The notes beneath the pieces were generated by a model. It did no database searches. It had not been told where the DNA came from and saw only the letters and a list, made by a program, of their open reading frames with translations. Source: an uncultured Spirochaetaceae bacterium (GTDB taxonomy: Bacteria; Spirochaetota; Spirochaetia; DSM-27196; PWMO01). Taken from it: DNA of 57,888 nucleotides. The translations under genes were made by a program, and so were the position numbers. Shown here in pieces: positions 54,224 to 57,888 of the stretch. Each line of letters starts with the position of its first letter. Position 1 is the first letter of the stretch. The stretch lies in the NCBI GenBank assembly GCA_964635245.1, contig CAZWNS010000006.1, forward strand, positions 1-57,888, written 5' to 3'.

Positions 54224-55777
54224 ATGAAGCTGAGCGTGTGTATCGACGCCACGTCGTTGAGCGACTATGCCCTCGCCCCCCTCGCCGACGGACCGAGCGC
54301 CGTCGAGCGGGTCCGCCGTTTTGCCGCCGCCCTTGCGAATGTCACACGAACGACGGTCTTCACGGATCCGGGAACTCCGAGTGCGGTGACCGCAGGAGAA
54401 GACGGTTCGGCCGTCGTGCGGCGCGAGAGCTGGAATACCGCGAGCCTCATGACCGCGCTCAAGGATGCGGCCGGGAACACCGACGCGCTGCTGCTTCTTC
54501 GCGCCGACACGCCCTTCGTGGATGCGGACGTCACGCGGCGGATGATCGACAGCCACCAAAGATACGTGGCCGAGTACACATTCGCCGACGGGTACCCTGC
54601 GGGCATCGCTCCGGAGCTGGTGGATCCGCGTATCCTGGATCAGCTGCGCTCACTGGCGGAGAGCTCCCCCGAGCCGGTGGGGAGAGACGTGCTTTTCGGG
54701 ATCGTGCAGAAGGACATCAACGCCTTTGACGTCGAGACCGAGCTCTCGCCGGTGGACTTGAGAATGCTGCGGGCCACGCTGGCCTGCGATACCGCACGGA
54801 ACTACCTGCTGTGCTCGCGGGTGGCCGCGGAGCTGGAGGCCGGCGGCGGGGACGCCGGCGGCACCGGTGCGCCGGGGGGCGCGGATGGACGAGCGGCGCG
54901 GATCGGGGAGCTTTTGCAGAAGCGGGGGGAGATCCTGCGCACCCTCCCCGCCTATACCTCCATCCAGGTGGTGGAGGGCGATGTGCAGACCCCCGTCCAC
55001 AGCCCGTATCCGCTGATCCGCCCGAACGCTCTCGAGGTCCGGGAAGAAATGCCGCTTGAGCGGTTCGAGGACATCGTTTCCGGGCTTGCGGCGTTCGCGC
55101 CCGACGGCATGGTTCACATCTCCCTGTGGGGGGAAGTGGGCCTCCACAGCCGGTTTCCCGACCTTATCCGGACCGTCGAGGACACGGCGGGGCTCGAGCT
55201 TCTCGTGGAGACCTCCGGCGTTGGGTGGCGAGCGGAGCATCTGCGTGAGATAGCGCGGATGAAGCCGGCCTCAACGCGCTTCATCATCGATCTCGATACC
55301 GACGACGAAGAGAGCTACGCGCGGGTGCGGGGGCGCGGGTTTCAGGAGGCGCGGCAAACCGCCGATACACTCCTAGAGGCGCACGGAGACCGCGTCTATG
55401 TGCAGACGGTACGGATGGCGGAAACCGAGCAGCAGGTCGAGGCCTTCTACCGCGCGTGGAAAGACCGCGGCGTGCAGGTGATCGTGCAGAAGTACGACCA
55501 CTATTGCGGGCGGCTCCCCGACAGGCGGGTAACCGATATCTCGCCGCTCAACCGGTTTCCGTGTCGCCATACACAGCGCGATCTGAACATTCTGATCGAC
55601 GGCGGCGTGCCGATGTGCAGAGAAGACCTCGATCGCGAGCATATGATGGGGAACGTGTTTGAAGACGGTATCGAGTCAGTCTGGCAGAACGGCAGCGCGG
55701 CCCATCTTCGTCAGGTACGCGCGGAGTATCCGGAGCTCTGCCGGCGGTGTGATGAGTACTACACATTCAACTACTGA
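54224..55777 (+). CDS. Spiro-SPASM-type fusion protein: degenerate cytidylyltransferase-like N-domain, Gly/Ala linker, radical-SAM-like barrel lacking CxxxCxxC, and Cys-rich SPASM/twitch-like C-terminus
   Basis: The start is the ATG at 54224 (54206 is an alternative). ADTPFVDADVTRRMID parallels GDNPLVSADVTRAAL of the SpsF-like gene downstream. The linker is EAGGGDAGGTGAPGGADG. ISLWGEVGLH and ETSG are radical-SAM-core-like, but there is no Cys between aa ~195 and ~430. The C-terminus has 5 Cys, including LCRRCDEYY. Confidence 0.7.
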   Translation: MKLSVCIDATSLSDYALAPLADGPSAVERVRRFAAALANVTRTTVFTDPGTPSAVTAGEDGSAVVRRESWNTASLMTALKDAAGNTDALLLLRADTPFVDADVTRRMIDSHQRYVAEYTFADGYPAGIAPELVDPRILDQLRSLAESSPEPVGRDVLFGIVQKDINAFDVETELSPVDLRMLRATLACDTARNYLLCSRVAAELEAGGGDAGGTGAPGGADGRAARIGELLQKRGEILRTLPAYTSIQVVEGDVQTPVHSPYPLIRPNALEVREEMPLERFEDIVSGLAAFAPDGMVHISLWGEVGLHSRFPDLIRTVEDTAGLELLVETSGVGWRAEHLREIARMKPASTRFIIDLDTDDEESYARVRGRGFQEARQTADTLLEAHGDRVYVQTVRMAETEQQVEAFYRAWKDRGVQVIVQKYDHYCGRLPDRRVTDISPLNRFPCRHTQRDLNILIDGGVPMCREDLDREHMMGNVFEDGIESVWQNGSAAHLRQVRAEYPELCRRCDEYYTFNY

Positions 55778-56705
55778 GGAGAGCTTACCGTATACGGTCG
55801 TCGGCGGCAGACATGTGGACCGAGGGGTCTCCCCCTCGACATTCGTAACCCTGGTGGTGCTCAACCGGGGGCGAAGCATCAATCGGGGCGTATTCTTCGA
55901 TCGTCTGTCGGCTCTCGGCTTCGATGATGTCCTTTCGGTCGAGAATGCAGGCTCGCATTACGACGTAGAGTCGCTGTCGCGGGCACATCGCGACGTGCGG
56001 TTTCTGTTGTTGAAGCGCCGGACGAGCCTCGGAGAGCAGGTCAACGTCTCCATGCAGGAGGCGCGCGGGCGGTTCGTATACGTGATCTGGAACGATATGA
56101 AGGTTTCGGCACTCGGCGAGTCCACGCAGCAGGCGCTTCACGCTCGCAACTACCTGTGTACCGCTCCGCTGGTGCGCAACCAGAAGTCCGAGCTTCTGCC
56201 CACCGCGATTGCGCCGGCGTTCTACGGCTCTCGACTGAAGGTGCTGCCGCTGGTGCCCTCCTACACCGGCACACCGACCCTCTATCCCTACGATTACGCG
56301 GGTATCTACAATCGCGAGCAGTTCGTGTTCTCCGGCGGCTACGACCACCGCATTCCCTCCCCGTACTGGCAGAAGCTTGACTACGGATTTCGGGTGCACA
56401 TGTGGGGCTATACGATTCACGTCGATCCGCAGCTCATCGTGTCGAGCTCACATGTTCCGGCTGAAGATGCCACCCCCGACGAGAGCTACAGGCGTTTCTT
56501 TCTCAAGAACCTCTCGGTACGTTTCGTCGCAGACCAGGCCGCGCTTCCGGTCTCCCGCTTCCCCGGCTTCGCGTTGAAGACCGGCGGCGGTCTGTACCGT
56601 AACTGGGGCCTGTTCCGTGAGGTGCGGAACTGGGTACACGAGAATCGCTACCGCTTCAAGCAGGACGCCCGTCGGGTCACCGAGCTCTGGGAGGCCGAAC
56701 GATGA
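55752..56705 (+). CDS. GT-A-fold glycosyltransferase-like hypothetical protein
   Basis: FVTLVVLNRG.., LSVENAG.., LGEQVNVSMQEARGRFVYVIWNDM follow the GT2 strand order, but the DxD position reads WND. The start is uncertain (ATG 55752 overlaps the upstream gene by 26 nt; GTG 55815 is an alternative). Confidence 0.5.
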   Translation: MSTTHSTTEESLPYTVVGGRHVDRGVSPSTFVTLVVLNRGRSINRGVFFDRLSALGFDDVLSVENAGSHYDVESLSRAHRDVRFLLLKRRTSLGEQVNVSMQEARGRFVYVIWNDMKVSALGESTQQALHARNYLCTAPLVRNQKSELLPTAIAPAFYGSRLKVLPLVPSYTGTPTLYPYDYAGIYNREQFVFSGGYDHRIPSPYWQKLDYGFRVHMWGYTIHVDPQLIVSSSHVPAEDATPDESYRRFFLKNLSVRFVADQAALPVSRFPGFALKTGGGLYRNWGLFREVRNWVHENRYRFKQDARRVTELWEAER

Positions 56706-57403
56706 CTGCGATATTCCTCCAGGTTCGCCTCGGCTCGCATCGCTTTCCGCGAAAGGCGCTGGCGGAGCTCGGCGGCCGCACCGTGATCGAGCACGCCATG
56801 CGCGCCCTCAGGGACGTTACCGCGGATCGCCATGTGATACTGACCGACGCAGAAAGCGCGGGGCCGCTGGCGACGTATGCCTCCCGGTGCGGCTTCGGCC
56901 TGTTCGTCGGCGATCCGCACGACGTACTGGGACGGTTTGCCGCGGCGATCGAGTGGTACGAACCCGCCACCGTGGTTCGCGCGACGGGGGACAATCCCCT
57001 GGTCTCCGCCGACGTGACGCGCGCGGCGCTTTCCGCGCACGGGGAGTTCGACGGCGACTATACCGCCCTGACCGGCAGTCCGCTCGGCACGGGGGTGGAA
57101 GTCGTTCGGGCGCGGGCTTTGCTGGAAGCAGCGGGCGCGACGAGCGCCCCATACGACCGGGAGCACGTAACGCCGTTTCTCTACCGCCACCCCGAGCGAT
57201 TTCGACTGCATATCGAGCCCGTGCGGGAATCCTGGCGGTGTGCGGACGTGTCGGTCACACTGGATACGCCCGCGGATCACGCGCGATTGGAAGAGATCTT
57301 CGAAGAGCTCTACGCGGGCGCGCCCATCGGTATCGATGCCCTCGTGTCTCACCTTTCCCGCCGCGCGCCCGGGGTGCAGAGCACTCGCAGACACAGCGCA
57401 TGA
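56702..57403 (+). CDS. SpsF-like cytidylyltransferase (CMP-sugar synthetase homolog, COG1861-type)
   Basis: Its ATG overlaps the upstream stop (ATGA). It has IFLQVRLGSHRFPRKAL, RATGDNPLVS, GTGVEV and REHVTPFLY. Confidence 0.8.
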   Translation: MTAIFLQVRLGSHRFPRKALAELGGRTVIEHAMRALRDVTADRHVILTDAESAGPLATYASRCGFGLFVGDPHDVLGRFAAAIEWYEPATVVRATGDNPLVSADVTRAALSAHGEFDGDYTALTGSPLGTGVEVVRARALLEAAGATSAPYDREHVTPFLYRHPERFRLHIEPVRESWRCADVSVTLDTPADHARLEEIFEELYAGAPIGIDALVSHLSRRAPGVQSTRRHSA

Positions 57404-57459
57404 GGCCGCCGGTCATATTTCTTCCGGAACACAGGCGAGGACACGGCCTCGGACACTTC

Positions 57460-57888
57460 TCACGAGCGGCGACTCTGGTTGCGCAGCTCGGCGAGCGCGC
57501 CTTCATATACCTGCCGCCCGGTACGCGGCCGGGCACGCCCACGCCGACGGATACCGCCATGGACCCGGATCGGCGGGGGGCCTTCCTTGAGCTGGCGGCG
57601 GCCCGCGGGGTGGAGCGTCGCGTCATAGACAGGCTTCCTCGGGCCGACCGTGCGCGGCGCCGCCTCTTCGTCGTGGACCGACGGACCGTCACGGCCGAAG
57701 AAGTACGGGGACTGCGCCTGCGGGGAGCCGTCGTGGCGCTTGATGCCGCCGGCTCCGGAAGACCGCACTGCGATTACCTCATCGACGTTCTCCCGCGCGT
57801 GGATGGGGCCGCGGCAAACGTGCGTGATCTCCGACTGCTCGAGCTTCCGCCGGCGAGCCCCTCCTCGGCAGACCGCCGCGCCGCGCCG
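57460..57888 (-). CDS. Partial ORF (C-terminal 142 aa), Arg/Gly/Pro-rich basic tail; product unassigned
   Basis: The minus-strand frame stays open from the window edge to the stop at 57460, and third positions are strongly GC-rich. I recognised no motif. It could be the basic tail of an RNA-binding enzyme, or non-coding. Confidence 0.3.
   Translation of the reverse strand, partial: RRGAAVCRGGARRRKLEQSEITHVCRGPIHARENVDEVIAVRSSGAGGIKRHDGSPQAQSPYFFGRDGPSVHDEEAAPRTVGPRKPVYDATLHPAGRRQLKEGPPPIRVHGGIRRRGRARPRTGRQVYEGALAELRNQSRRS

Noticed and set aside
53053-54729. 558-aa plus-strand ORF spanning xseA (antisense) and running into the spiro-SPASM gene
   Set aside because: It crosses a divergent promoter region and two well-supported genes in other frames. 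No motif was seen in its translation.
1-57888. CRISPR arrays, transposases/IS ends, prophage or known defence-system genes
   Set aside because: I found no regularly spaced direct repeats, no DDE/serine/tyrosine recombinase motifs, and no nuclease/helicase/RT combinations typical of defence islands. The window looks like core chromosome.

Overview
High-G+C (mid-60s % by eye, not computed), gene-dense chromosomal segment; about 55 protein genes, one tRNA, no rRNA. I saw no CRISPR array, transposase, integrase or phage genes. Most of it is housekeeping: mfd, ptsP-like EI-Ntr, trmB, citrate synthase, two tandem EF-G paralogs, tRNA-Val(TAC), slyD, a CDF transporter, an RluA-family synthase, fused otsA-otsB, a BMP/PnrA-type nucleoside ABC transporter plus yhhQ, and xseA/xseB. 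Several markers suggest a high-G+C member of Spirochaetota (inference only): a spiro-SPASM-type protein, a FadL/UPF0164-like outer-membrane protein with a TPR tail, a PnrA-like operon and paired EF-Gs. I found no recognisable defence or mobile system. The candidates for undescribed biology are: (1) a seven-gene envelope operon (42.5-52.7 kb) around a 1550-aa BNR/Fn3/HAMP/PP2C sensor; (2) a spiro-SPASM / GT-A-like / SpsF-like cytidylyltransferase cluster (54.2-57.4 kb) whose fusion protein lacks the radical-SAM Cys triad; (3) an oversized thymidine-kinase-fold protein heading a nucleoside/queuosine-precursor salvage locus; (4) an XRE / ankyrin / membrane-protein trio with a 14-bp direct repeat upstream; (5) a recurrent -10-like hexamer 6 nt upstream of the ATG, suggesting leaderless mRNAs. 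All functions are inferred from motifs read by eye in the translations; no searches were run.
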